Source: Heterodontus francisci (Eukaryota). Taken from it: a stretch of 64,000 nucleotides of DNA. The stretch covers positions 248,001 to 312,000 of the forward strand of contig NW_027142279.1 of NCBI RefSeq assembly GCF_036365525.1, in the 5' to 3' direction. The notes beneath the pieces are model-generated. The model searched no databases and was not told where the DNA came from. It saw nothing but the letters and a program-made list of their open reading frames with translations. Below, piece by piece: positions 10,031-23,306 of the stretch; position 1 is the first letter of the stretch; every line of letters begins with the position of its first letter. Position numbers and translations under genes: made by a program.

Positions 10031-11513
10031 CTAACAAGATTCTTCACACAGGATGGCAGATCAATGGGGAGAGAATGATACAGGGTTACAGGGAGGGACA
10101 GAGGCAAAAGAGGAAGAGAGGGAATAAGAAGGAGACAAATTATTCTTCTAGAGTCACGCTGCTACATTCATACTTATATTTGCTCCACAGGTTAAGCCCA
10201 ATTATAAATCAGATTTATTACATTGATAAAACTATAAATGCACCAAACTCGGAAGGATGAATACAAACCAATTCAGTCTGCATCTGAGAAAAAAGAAAAT
10301 TGGTAATGTTTAATGATGATACTCTGTCAGAATAATCCTAACTGCTGTTCACATCAAGGAACAGTAAATTATTTCAATTTGGTTGACGAGGAGATTATGT
10401 ATAGCAATGCATAAAGTAACTATTACGAACATTAATTTCATCAACAATGGGACTAAATGGGGACAGTGGTGTTTCCTGTCTTAAAGCTGGAAAGCAGGAA
10501 TATGGAAAGCAGATCTCAAACTACATTGAGATTCTTTTCAGAGGAGGAGGCTCGTTATAAGCAGTGTGATCAAACCGCCCCTGCTGCTGTGGAAACTGCA
10601 GATAGGTCAAATAACCAGTGTCACTGGCGTTGTATTCCTTGCAGAGCACCCTCTGACCACATCATACCAACAAAACCTTAGAGGGGAACAGAGCCGGACA
10701 GGCAGAGGCCATCCCGGGGAACCCCACATAGGGAGAAATAAAGAGAGAATGAGAGAGAGAGAACAACTGAGAGGGAGCAAGGGAGAGGTAGAGTGAGGCA
10801 AAGGCAGAGAGAGACAGACAGACTGATCAACACAGCCACTGAGAGATGGAATGATTCAGGGAAAATTAGTTGGAAAGAGAGAGAGAGATTGAGAGAACTA
10901 GTGACAGATGGAGAGATTGAGGCAATAGGAGGTGCAGAGACAGACAGGGAGAGACAGAGACAGAGCGACACAGAGACAGTAAATGAGAGGAGATAGGCAG
11001 AATTAATTAGAGACAGAGAGACAGAATGAGACTGAGTGCGTGTGAGAGAGGAATAGAGACAGACAGCAAGAGTAAGCGAGGAAATGAGAGGCGAGAAAGA
11101 GAGGGGAAGGAAAGAAGAGAGTGAGATAAAGAGAGAGAATGAGAATGGGTGTGTGTGTGAGAGACAGAAAAAGCATCAGAGCTGAGAGGAAATGAGAGAA
11201 GGAAAGAGAGACAGGGATAAAGAAAGAGAATGAGAGTGAGTGTGTGTGAGAGAGGAAAGATAACAAGACCAACAGAGACAGAGAAACAGACATGACGAGA
11301 GAGAGTAAGGAAACAATTTTACAGAACAATGTAAACGATGTTTTTTATAATCAATATTGGTGAAGTCTGATGTGTTTCCTGGTGCTTGCTCGCCCACTGC
11401 TGTCCCCCTGGAGGAGAAAACCCCCCAAAAATACAAAAACAACTGCAGCAGAAAAAAACACTAACAAATTCAACAATAACTTCAACAGTAAAAATAAAAG
11501 CACCAATGAAAAG

Positions 11514-11790
11514 GGCGGTACAGTGGCCCAGTTGTTACCACCGCAGCCTCACAGCTCCAGCGACCCAGGTTCAATTCTGGGTACTGCCTGTGTGGAGTTT
11601 GCAAGTTCTTCCTGTGTCTGCGTACTTTCCTCTGGGTGCTCCGGTTTCCTCCCACATGCCATTATAAATTGCCCGTGGTATAGGTAGGTGGGAGGGAAAT
11701 ACAGGGACAGGTGGGGATGTGGTAGGAATATGGAATGAGTGTAGGATTAGTATAAATGGGTGGTTGGTGGTCGGCACTGACTTGTCGACT
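11514..11790 (+). mobile_element. tRNA-derived SINE (HE1-like)
   Basis: gggcggtacagtggcccagttg...ccaggttcaattctggg A/B-box head followed by the gtgtggagtttgca body. Confidence 0.75.
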
Positions 11791-12179
11791 CAAGCAAGTG
11801 ATTCAGGTTTGCACAACGCCTCCCTCCCTGATGGGGAACCCACGCCCCTCTCTCTACCATTGGCTGCCAGTAGTTGCTGTTGCAAATGTTGGTATCATTC
11901 TGCTGCTGAGGTTGTTGTTGTATTTGCTGGTGTTTTCCTCCGGCTGAGGTTGTTGAATTTGTTGGTGTTTGAATCTCCTGCTGATCTGTTGTTGAATTTG
12001 TTGGCCTTGTTCTCCTGCTGAGGTAGTTGTTGTGTTGGTTGGTGTTTTCCCTGCTGAGGTTTTTGTTGTACTTGTTGTTTTCTTCCCTGCTTAAATTGTT
12101 GTTCAATTCGGTTTTTGCATGCTGAGGTTGTTGTTGTATTTTTGGTGTTTTTCTTTCCCTGCTGAGGTTATTTTCTCTT

Positions 12180-13290
12180 TTTTAATTCATTCATGGGATT
12201 TTGGGCGATGCTGGTTGAGGTCAGCATTTATTGTCCATCCCTAATTGCCCCTTCAGAAGGTGGTGGTGAGCTGCCTTCTTGAACCACTGCAGTCCATGTA
12301 GTGTAGGTACACCCACAGTGCTGTTAGGAAGGGAGTTTCAGGATTTTGACCCACAGTTAGTGAAGGAACAGCCGATATAGTTCCAAGTCACGATGGTGTG
12401 TGACTTGGAGGAGAACCTGCAAGTGGTGGTGTTCCCATGCATCTGCTGCCCTTGTCCTTCGAGGTGGTAGAGGTTGCGGGTTTGGAAGGTGTTGACGGAG
12501 GGAGCCTTGGAAATTGCTGCAGTGCATCTTGCAGATGGTACACACTGCTGACACTGAGCATCAGTGGTGGAGGGAGTGAATGTTTGTAGATGGGGTGCCA
12601 ATCAAGCGGGCTGCTTTGTCCTGGACGGTGTCGAGCTTCTTGAGTGTTGTTGGAGCTGCACCCATCCAGGCAAATGGACAGTATTCCATCACACTCCTGA
12701 CTTGTGCCTTGTAGATGGTTAACAGGCTTTGGGGAGTCAGGAGGTGAGTTACTGGCTGCAGGATTCCTAGCCTCTGACCTGCTCTTGTAGCCACAGTATT
12801 TATATGGCTACTCCAGTTCAGATTCTGTTCAATGGCAATCCCCAGGATGTTGATAGTGGGGGATTCAGCGATGGTAATGCCATTGAATGTCAAAGGGAGA
12901 TGGTTATATTCTCTCTTGTTGTAGATGGTCAATGCGTGGCACTTGTGTGGCACGAATGTTACTTGCCACTTATCAGCCCAAGCCTGGATGTTGTCCAGGT
13001 CTTGCTACATCTGAACACAGGCTGCTTCAGAATCTGAGCTGTCACGAATGATGCTGAACATTGTGAAGTCATCAGTGAACATCCCCACTCTGACCTAATG
13101 ATTGAAGGGAATTTCATTTATGAAGCCGTTGGAGATGGTGGAACAGGACGTACCCGGGGATGGCGATAGCGAGGTCTGTGACATTGTCTGTAAGGCATGA
13201 TTCCCTGAGTATGACTATGTCAGGTTGTTGCTTGACAGCTCTCCCAACCTTGGCACAAGGCCCGAAATGTTGGTAAGGAGGACCGTGCAG
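12180..13290 (-). mobile_element. Non-LTR retrotransposon (CR1/L2 group) fragment inserted in the GTT minisatellite
   Basis: ORF 12561-12953 (..ILGIAIEQNLNWSSHINTVATRAGQRLGIL..YKAQVRSVMEYCPFAW) is an RT C-terminal region. Confidence 0.85.
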
Positions 13291-14639
13291 ATTCAACATG
13301 TTGTTGCATCTGCTGCTGTGTTTCACCTGCTGAAGTTGTCTTTGTTGCTTTTCTCCTCCTGACGCACTTCTTGAATTCTGTTGGTGTTTTTTTCTCCTCC
13401 TGACATTGGTTGGTGAGCTTTTTTTTGCCAACGTTGCTTCTGAATTTGTTGGTGTTTTCCCTCGCTGAGGCTGTTGTTGCATTTGTTGATGCTTTTCGTG
13501 CTGAGGTTTTTGTTGCATTTGTTGTATTGCCCAGAGGAGGTTACAGAGATAAGGAGGGTTGTTGGGCTGGAGGAGGTTACAGTGATAGGGAGTATTGTAG
13601 GGGCTGGAGGAGGTTACAGTGATAGGGAGTATTGTAGGGGCTGGAGGAAGTGACAGAGAGAGGGAGGGATGTAGGGCTCGAGGAAGTTTCAGAGATAGAG
13701 AGCATTGTCGGGGCTGGAGGAGGTTACAGAAATAGGGAAGCTTGTCGGGGGCTGGAGGGGGTTACAGAGACAGGGATAATTGTCACTGTTCATCGAGTGT
13801 ACTCAGTGTTAACCCCAGTATCATTCTGGTGAATCTCAGCTGTATCTGGTCTAAGGCAAACAGCTGCTTGTTGAGGAAGGTGCCCAGACTGTGTGCAATA
13901 TTCCAGATGTAGTCGAACCAGAGCCTCCTACAACTGTGGCATTACCTCCAAACCCTTTGTATTGTAGCTTCTTCCATTAATCACACGTTCCATAATGCAT
14001 GACTGGATGCACGCATACACCAAACACACACTCCCAACTCTCTCTCCCCCACCCCCTCTCTCTCCTCAGTTTGTTTGACTATGTTGTTAGTTGTGCATCT
14101 TTGTCCTTCAGCTGATCGTATCTGTGCCTCTGATATGAAGAGTCTATTGTTCTCAGTCCTTGACAAACACAATAGCTTCCTGCTTTGTAAAAGTTGACAT
14201 TATCCTAGTTGACACACGGCACAACATTCAAATCTGTTAGTCCCAGGGAATGCAAATATCAAAGCCGGCTCAGAAGTGTTAATGAGTCCATTGTGGGACT
14301 GAATGAATATCTGACAACCTGGCATGGACTCAGGGGCACTGACAGAATCAGCAATCCAGAGAGAATGGAAACTGTGGAAACTATCAAGGACTAGGCGTTG
14401 GACATGGGCTGGTTGGAACTGAGATGCACATTCAGACGCCCCTTTTCACAGGCAGTGTAACATTGAGTAACAATGTGCTGCAAGGTGATTGTGATTACTG
14501 AGGGGACAGTGACATTGTGATTCTGTCACAGGAATATTATCTGGAGCCCTGGACTGACTGCACTGCCCAATGTGCTAATGATCTAACAGAGAAATGTGGG
14601 GACAGACGAATCCCACCCCATCAGAAACAAATCCTCGAA

Positions 14640-15310
14640 TAGTCCAACAGAGGGAGGCCATTCGGCCCATCGAGGGTTTGTCATCTCTTTCGAAAATCAA
14701 CCCAGTTAATCCAACTCCCCACACTTTCACACATAATTCCCTCATTTAATTCCCCTTCAAGTATTGAGCCAATTCCCTTTTTGAATAATACCATTGAATT
14801 TCCACCACCCTATCAGACATTGCCCTCCAAATCCAAACCACTCATGATATTAAAAAACATTTATCCTCATGTCACCTCTGGTACCTTTGCCCATCACATT
14901 AAAGCTGTGCCCTCTGGTGATCTATCGAATCTCCCCTTAACCTTCTCTACTCTAAGGAGAACTCCCCTTTCTAGCCCAGTCTTTTTACTTGACTGAAATT
15001 CCTCACCAACTGAACCATCCGAGAAATTTTCTTCTGCATCCTCTCCAAAGCCTACAGGCTTTCCCAAAGTGTGGTGCCCAGAATTGGGCACAATGTTCCA
15101 ACAGGGACCGAACTGGTGTTTTATACAGGTTTGGCATGACTCCCGGACTTTTGTACTCGACCTCTCTATTTCCAAAGCCCAGACTGGAATATGATTTATT
15201 AATCGCTTTCTCAACCTCCTCTGCCACCTTTAAATATTCCTGCACAAGCACCCCCAGGTCTCTCTGTTCTTGCACCACTTCACAAATTGTTTTGTTTCAT
15301 CTCTCCTCAT
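14640..15310 (-). mobile_element. CR1 LINE 3' fragment
   Basis: ORF 15003-15278 (QRDLGVLV..YKTPVRSLLEHCAQFWAPH). Confidence 0.8.
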
Positions 15311-16167
15311 TCTTGCAGTCAAAATCAAACATATCAAAGACTAATCCCACCCATATCTGGGACAAATTACCTGCTTATTATTATTCGGTCAGTCATTGAC
15401 AATGGTCTGCCAGTAACTCTATAAAGTTTACATACAACACTTTTCCTTCCAAAAAACAACATCCTCGGTGGTTCTTGTATTGGAGTTTATACCTGAAGCC
15501 CACTGCTATCTCAATGTTGGCAGTTGAGGAGCAGTCAGTGACTGAGACATTAACATCTGGTCAGGGACCCCTCACAATATCCCATGTCCTGAATCCTCAA
15601 ACACTCTCTCACTGAGAAATTTATGTCCTCCTCATTCTGGTTTGTATGTGTTACTAACGCTGTATCTGTGCTATTTCGGAGATGGTATCACTGTCGCTGA
15701 TGTGAGGATTTCATTGTTCTCATTCTGTGACTATATTCTGAAAAACAGAATCATTTACTTTAACCCCAACGACCTCAGGGATGAAAATGGATGTCTGATC
15801 ATTTGTCTCTCTGGAACATCTTGTTTCTCTGCCCCCTCTCATCATCCCCCCAATACTGACCCACTACTGATAAGAGAGGCATGTCTCCTGTGAATATTCT
15901 CTCCCTAATACTTAGTGTCTATGAAATATCAAATATACACAGCCAACTGGCAAATACTAACTTTAATATTCAGAGTCCCAGCCCCAGGCTCCAATCTCCC
16001 TACACCCTCCCTGTTGGGTAACTGAAGACAAGTTATGTTGCAACAGCAAAGCTCCGTGGGTTAGCATGGGCCCAGGAGAAATATTAATGTTGTTTATTAT
16101 GGCAGATAGTTTCACCAAAAGGCCTTCGTTTGCATAGATTATGTCATGTCATTCATCATTACTAAAT

Positions 16168-16218
16168 GTTAATATTTCAGCCAACCAGCACTGCAGTCAA
16201 TCCGCCGTGGTGTATATA
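16168..16218 (+). promoter_or_regulatory. Candidate promoter: HNF1-like site plus TATA box
   Basis: GTTAATATTTCAG (16168-16180; HNF1 consensus GTTAATNATTAAC) and TATATA (16213-16218), about 125 bp upstream of a strong donor. Confidence 0.55.
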
Positions 16219-16244
16219 GGGGTTGGAGCTGTCACTGAGACTGA

Positions 16245-16342
16245 CACTGTTCACAGCAGAGTGGACCCAAGACTGAGGAGCAAGCAGCTGGAACTGAACC
16301 GACAACATCTCTCACCCAGCGACATCTACTTTGGAGACTTTG
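16245..16342 (+). other. Non-coding exon 1 of the uromodulin/GP2-like gene (5' end approximate)
   Basis: Follows the TATA box and ends at donor tg|gtaagc. Confidence 0.6.
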
Positions 16343-16806
16343 GTAAGCAGTCGGGTATGGGAGGACTGTTAGAAAAAGCAAAGGAGTTTGTCACTTGCTA
16401 GGTGTTGACCCAGGGGGTGTGTGTCCTGCTTCTCCTGAAACAACATCATCTTGAGTCATAACCTTAGTCAGAAATTCAAAGAGGTTTGTTTCAGGGATGC
16501 AGGAGACAGACCTGGAGGAGAGAGTCAGGAACACATGTGGTTTATTCATAAAAGCTTTGGAGAGTGGAAAGGGTGAAGGATTGGAGTCAAGTTCCTGATG
16601 TTTAACAAGAACATGTAGCTGAGCTCACCTCTGTCTGTCAGAGCCCCAGTGAGAGAGAGATAATTAGATGGAGCTCACCTATCTAAAACAGATATACTGA
16701 CGAACTCCTCGGCAACTCCCTATTTAATATTCCCTCCAATTCCCTACTCGGTAATCTCTCTCAAATGTTTGTCTTGTGTTTCCCTTTCCAGAATCTCACC
16801 AGTAAG

Positions 16807-16840
16807 ATGTGGACTCTGCTGATCATTCTGAGTTACCTGA
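16807..16840 (+). CDS. Uromodulin/GP2-like D10C protein, signal peptide exon (exon 2 starts 16792)
   Basis: Acceptor tccctttccag| at 16791, aagATG context, MWTLLIILSYL, phase-1 donor A|gtgagt. Confidence 0.8.
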
Positions 16841-16899
16841 GTGAGTAACTTTCATAAAGTTCACCCCCAGTACAACCAGAACAAGCTGTGTTTATTCAA

Positions 16900-17870
16900 A
16901 CCGTTACACAGAATAATCTCCCAAGATGTTCCACAGTAATCTGATTGAAGAAATGTCTGACAGGGCAGGGAAGGAGATGATTGGAGGGCTGACTGTTAGT
17001 TTAAAAGAACAGACAGAGGTGGAGAGGCAGAAAGGTTTAGGAGGCTGGACATCTTGAAGCCACATCAGGCAATGTTGGAGGAAAGGGAGTGGAGGGAAGT
17101 TATACAGGAGGCTTGGGTCAGAGAAACAGAGAGTTGGTGAAGATTACAGAAATGAGCTGGTAGATGTCGGGAGAGGTCATGAAAGAATTTGAACAAGAAG
17201 ATGAAAATTGTAGGCCAAAGGCATTTGCAGCTGTGAAACAATGTGGGTCAGAGAGCATAGGGGTGATATGTGACTTCAACTTTCAGCAAGATAACATACA
17301 GCAGCATAACATACATAACATACAGTGTTGGGGGAGTCCTGACCTCTGGAAAGTGGAAGCTGGGAGGCTGGCCAGGAGAGGATTAGAAGATTTGATTCTC
17401 TAGAAGGTTGAGGGTTTTAGGTAGAAGATTGGCTGAGGCAAAATCAGTGATGGTGGATATTAAGGAAGGTGAAATTGACAGCCTTTGTGGTGAAGAGGCT
17501 ACAGGGAAGGAAGCTGGACTCAGTCAGCAGCAGGGCCGTGTGCTGATGAGAAATAAGAGGGGGACACGGATAGATCCTTGGGATACCCTCGTGTGGGTCG
17601 GGAAGACACTGCAGGAGATTCTCTGGCTGAGACGGGATTGCGTTGAGTGGAAGCAGGCGAGAGGAGTCCTACCCAGCTGGACAAGGAAGGAGAGGTGTTG
17701 GCGGAGGGTAATGTATTGGACTGTGTCAAAGACTGTTGACAGTTCGAGTAGGATGATCAGGAACAGACCACGGACACAGAGGATATCATTTGCCTCTTTT
17801 ATAAGGATTTTATTCAGGAGCTGTGACAGGGGTGGAAACCAGCTTGAAAAGCTTCAAAATGGAATTTACA
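16900..17870 (-). mobile_element. Old L2-like LINE fragment
   Basis: Degenerate RT-like sequence, purine-rich on the plus strand (gatagatccttgggatacc corresponds to the GVPQGS motif). Confidence 0.5.
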
Positions 17871-18459
17871 TTTAAGTGCTTCAATTCCTATCGTTTATAC
17901 TTTTGATCATTTCAAATGTCTGCATTTCTAATCAATCTTCAATATTTGCATTAGTAATTAATATTATTACTTTTCCTATTTTTGGAATCTATTTTCACCT
18001 CAAGAGAATTGAGGTAGATTGTAATCCTTGGGATGCCCTGAAATTATTGTTCTTTATTTACACAAATAAGCTGATAATACTGTATATATTCCAGTTATAT
18101 TTATATATTTCTCTCCAATATTTAGCGAAATGTGTTTGCTCGATAAATTTAATATTTACTTTTATAGATTTATACATTTAGGTTTCATTCAATTTTTAGC
18201 TTCGATTTCTTGTTTTAATTTAATTATGATTCAATTAAGTTCTTTATTCCTTAATGTTTATATTTCTTGTACATACTCTCAGTATTCTTATCATCGTGTT
18301 TATAAAATGTGGTATTAAATGCTATTTTAATTCAGCCTCCAACTTGTTTATAGGCTCAATATTAAAATGTTCATTATTCATGAATATATCATTGAATGGT
18401 TTGTTCAATGAACACCATAAGCAGAACGTTATTCTTGATCTAATTCCACTTGGGAACTG

Positions 18460-20430
18460 AGATCGTAGAATCGTACAGGACATAAAGAGGCCATTCGGCC
18501 CTTCGTGCCTGTACTGGCTCTGACAAAGAGCTGCCCAATTGTTCCCAATAGCTCCAGCTGTTTTTCCATAGCCCCGCAGATGTTTCCTTTTCAAATATCT
18601 ATCCAATTCCATTTTCAAAGTTACTGCGACATCTGCTTCAAACAGTATTTCTTTTATTCTTTCATGGGATGTGGGCATCACTGATCAGGCCATCATTTGC
18701 TGCCCATCCCCAATTGCCCTTGATGGCTGAATGTCTTGCTAGGCGATTTCAGAGGGCAGTTAAGGCGATCACATTGCTGTGGGTCTGGAGTCACATGTAG
18801 GCCAGACCGGGTAAGGATGGCAGATTTCCTTCCCTAAAGGGCATTAGGGAACCAGATGGGTTTTTACGGCAATCGATGATGGTTGCATGGCACCATTACC
18901 GAGACAAGCTTTCAATTCCCGATTTTTTTATGAAGCAATTGAATTTAAATTCCAGAAGCTGCCGTGGTAGCGTTTGAACTCGTTTCCCCAGGGCATTAGC
19001 CTGAGCCTCTGGATTACTAGTTCAGTGATATCACTGCAATGCCCCCATCTCCATTTTTTCCAGACCGTGTCAACTCTCTGCACAAAATAGTTTGTACTCG
19101 CTGGTTCGTTTGTCAATCCCCTTAAACCTTATGCATTGGAAACAATTTCTCCCCAACGACTCTATCAAAACTCCTCATAATATTGATCGCCTCCAACAGG
19201 CCCCCACTTCAACTTCCCTGTTCTGACCCCAACCTCTGTCGTCCATCCACATCCCTGAATTCCCACATCCCGAATTCCAAACCAGTCCATCTCCAACCCT
19301 CCCTCTCTAGATCATGGATATCTTTCTGAAAGTGTGGTGCACAGAATTGGACGCAATATTCCATTTTTTGAGAAGATGACTAGATGTGTAGATGAGGGTA
19401 AAACAGTTGATGTAGTCTACATGGACTTCAGTAAGGTTTTTTATAAGGTCCCGCAGGAGAGATTGGTCAAGAAGATAAGAGCCCATGGGATCCAGGGCAA
19501 TTTGGCAAATTGGATCAAAAATTGGCTTAGTGGCAGGAGGCCTTTATTATCCAACGCACAGACTATAAGAGCAGGGAGGTTATGATGGAAGCTGTATAAA
19601 ACGCTAGTTCAGCCACAGCTGGAGTACTGTGTACAGTTCTGGTCACCACACTACAGGAAGGATGTGATTGTACTGGAGAGGGTGCAGAGGAGATTCACCA
19701 GGATGTTGCCTGGGCTGGAGCATTTCAGCTATGAAGAGAGACTGAAAAGGCTAGGGTTGTTTCCCTTGGAGGAGAGAAGGCGAAGGGGGAACATGATTGA
19801 GATACATAAACTAATGAGGGCATTGATAGGTTAGATAGGAAGAAACTTTTTCCCTTCGTGGAGGGGTCAATAACCAGGGGGCACAGATTTATGGTGAGGG
19901 GCAGGAAGTTTCGAGGGGATGTGAGCAAAGACTTTTTCACCCTGAGGGTGGGTGGAATCTGGAACGCACTGCCTGAAGAGGTGGTAGAGCAGGAACCCTC
20001 AAAACATTTAAGAAGTATTTAGATGAGCCCTGGAAACGCCATAGCATACAAGACTACGGGCCAAGTGCTGGAGAATGCGATCAGAATAAATAGGTGATTG
20101 ATGGCCGGCATGCACACGGTGGGCCGAAGGGCATGTTTTCGTGTGGTATAACTCTATGATTCCATGACTCCAGCTGAGGGCTAACCAGTGAATTATAAAG
20201 GTTCAGCATAACTTCCTTGCTTTTGTATTCCACTCCTCTGTTACTTAAAATCAAGGATCCTGTTTGCTTTTTAATAAGGTTCTCACTTTCTCCTGCCAAT
20301 TCAGTGACCTGTGTCCATTCCACCCCAGGTCTCTTTCATCCTGAAATCTTTTTAAAATGATACAACTTCATTTCAATTAACTCTCCTCCTCATTCCTTCC
20401 AAAATGCATCACTTCACACTGATCTGCACG
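18460..20430. mobile_element. Nested CR1 (-) with SINE (~18645-19050) and CR1 (+, ~19365-20165)
   Basis: ORFs 19334 (VDVVYMDFSK), 20081 and 18322 are CR1 ORF2 pieces in opposite orientations. Confidence 0.8.
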
Positions 20431-21842
20431 AAGCTCCATCTGTCCTTTGCTGAACCATTATAACGGCTGCTCAAGTCCTCGAGAAGTCTGTCACATTGGC
20501 AAAAAAACATGAAATCTCTCACTGAGCAACGAACATCTCCCACTGTCAGTATTCAGTATTCACCTGGGGAGTGAGATACCTCATGATATCTCGCACTGAC
20601 CATTGAGTGTCTCTCACTGTCTTTAATCAGTGTTCACCTGGGGACTGAAATACCCCATGATATCTCACACTGACCACCGAGTGTCTCTCACTGTCTGTAC
20701 TCAGTGTTCACCTGGCGACTGAGGTACCCCGTGATATCTCACACTGACGATCGAGCGCCTCTCACTGTCTGTACTCAGTGTACACCAGGGGACTGAGATA
20801 CACCCGATATCTCACACTGACCATCGAGTGTCTCTCACTGTCTGCAGTCAGCGTTCACCTGGGGACTCAGATAGTCCTGATTTCTCACACTGACCATCGA
20901 GTGTCTCTCACTGTCTGTACTCAGTGTTCACCTGGAGATTGAGATACCCCATGACATATCACAATGCCCATCGAGTGTCTCTCACTGCCTGAACTCAGTT
21001 TTAACCAGGGGACAGAGACACCCCATGATATCTCACACTGACAATCGTGTGTCTCTCACTGTCTGTACTCAGTGTTCACCTGGAGATTGAGATACCCCAT
21101 GACACCTCACACTGACCATCAAGTGTCTCTGACTGCGTTTAATCAGTGTCCACCTGGGGAGTGAGATATCCCATGATATCTCACACTGCCCATTGAGTGC
21201 CGCTCACTGTCTTTATTCAGTGTTCATCTGGGGACTGAGATACCCCGTGAACTCTCACACTGACCATCGAATGTCTCTCATTGTCTGTACTTAGTGTTCG
21301 CCTGGAGATTGAGTTACCCCATGATATCTCACACTGACCATCGAATGTCTCTCACTGTCTGTACTCAGTGTTCACCTGGGGACTGAGATACCATAGGATT
21401 TCTCACACTGACCATCGAACATCTCTCACTGTCTGTACTCAGTGCTAACCTGGAGATTGAGTTACCCCATGATATCCCACACTGACCATCGAGTGCCTCC
21501 CACTGTCTGTAACCAGTGTTCACCAGTGGACTGATATACCCCATGATATCTCACACTGACCATCGAGTGTCCCTCACTCTCTGTACTCAGTGTTCACCTG
21601 GGGACTGAGATATCCCTGATTTCACACACTGACAATTGAGTGTCTCTCACTATCTGTACTCAGTGTTCACCCGGGGACTGAGATACCCCATGATATATCG
21701 CACTGACCATCGAGTGTCTCTCACTGTCTTTGCTCACTGCTTATCTGGGGACTGAGATACCCCATGATATCTCACACTGACCATCGAATGTCTCTCACTG
21801 TCTGTTCTCAGTGTTCATCTGGGGACTGAAATATCCCGTGAT

Positions 21843-23306
21843 CCACTGTCCACTGGAGGAGTACCGGATGATTGGAGGGTGGCAAATGTTGTTCCCTTGT
21901 TCAAGAAAGGGAATAGGGATAACCCTGGGAATTATTGACCAGTCAGTCTTCCATCGGTCATGGACAATCATTGGAGAGGATTCTGAGAGACAGGATTTAT
22001 GATTATTTGGAAAAGCATGGTTTGATTAGAGACAGTCAGCATGGCTTTGTGAGGGGCAGGTCATGCCTCACCAGCCTTATTGAACTCTTTGAAGATGTGA
22101 CAAAACACACTGATGAAGGAAGAGTAGTGGATGTGGTGTATATGGATTTTAGCAAGGCGTTTGTTAAGGTTTCCCATGGGAGGCTCATTCGGAAAGTAAG
22201 GAGGTATGGGATTCAGGGAATGTTGGCTCTCTGGATACAAAATTGGCTGGCCCATCGAAGTCAGAGTGTAGTAGTAGATGGAAAGTATTCAGCATGGAGC
22301 TCGCTGACCAGTGGTGTTCCACAAGGATCTGTTCTGGGACCTCTGCTCTTTGTGATTTTTATAAATGACTTGGATGAGGAAGTGGAAGGCTGGGTTAGCA
22401 AGTTTGCCGATGACACGAAGGTTGCTGGAGTTGTGGATAGTGTGGAAGGCTGTTGTAGGTTGCAACGGGACATTGACAGGATGCAGAGCTGGGCTGAGAA
22501 GTGGCAGATGGAGTTCAACATGGAAAAGTGTGAAGTGATTCATTTTGGAAGCTCGAATTTGAATGCAGAATACAGGCTTAAAGACAGGATGCTTGGTAGT
22601 GTGGAGGAACAGAGGGATCTTGGTGTCCATGTCCATAGATAGCTCAAAGTTGCCACCCAAGTTGATGTAGTTGTTAAGAAGGCGTATGGTGTGTTGGCTT
22701 TCATTAACAGGGGGATTGAGTTTAAGAGCCACGAGGTTATGCTGCAGCTATATAAGGCCCTGGTTCGACCACACTTGGAAAATTGTATTCCGTTCTGGTT
22801 GCCTCATTAGAGGAAGGATGTGGATGCTTTAGAGAGGGTGCAGAGGAGATTTACCAGGATGCTGCCTGGACTGGAGGGCATGTCCTACGAAGAAAGATTG
22901 AGGGATCTAGGGCTTTTCTCGTTGGAGCGAAGAAGGATGAGAGTTGACTTGATAGAGGGGTAGAAGATGATGCGAGGCATAGATAGACGGATAGTCAAAG
23001 ACATTTTCCCAGGGTGGAAAGGGCTATCACCAGGGGGCATAATTTTAAGGTCATTGGAGGAGGTTTTGTAGATGTCAGAGGTGGGATCTTTACACAGATA
23101 GTGGTGGGTGCGTGGAATGCACTGCCAGCGGTGGTAGTAGAAGCAGATACATTAGGGGCATTTAAGCGACTCTTGGATAGGTACATCGATGATAGTAGAA
23201 TGAAGAGTGGGCAGTTAGTTTGATCTTAGAGTAGGTTAAATGTTCGGCACAACAACGTGGGCCTAAGGGCCTGTACTGTGCTGTACTGTTCTATGTTCTA
23301 TGTTCT
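21843..23306 (+). mobile_element. 5'-truncated CR1 LINE in satellite, copy 1
   Basis: RT ORF 21935-22642 (GVPQGSVLGP, FADD) with an (ATGTTCT)n tail. Confidence 0.92.

Noticed and set aside
9721-10260. 179-aa plus-strand ORF
   Set aside because: Antisense shadow of the V pseudogene with no recognisable domain.
10500-10740. Possible further V remnant or exon (CACAGCA, CWY, SDTGY on the minus strand)
   Set aside because: No YYC, the nonamer position reads CTTATAACG, and the motifs fall in different frames.
17876-18460. Hydrophobic ORFs resembling membrane proteins
   Set aside because: AT-rich low-complexity intronic sequence.
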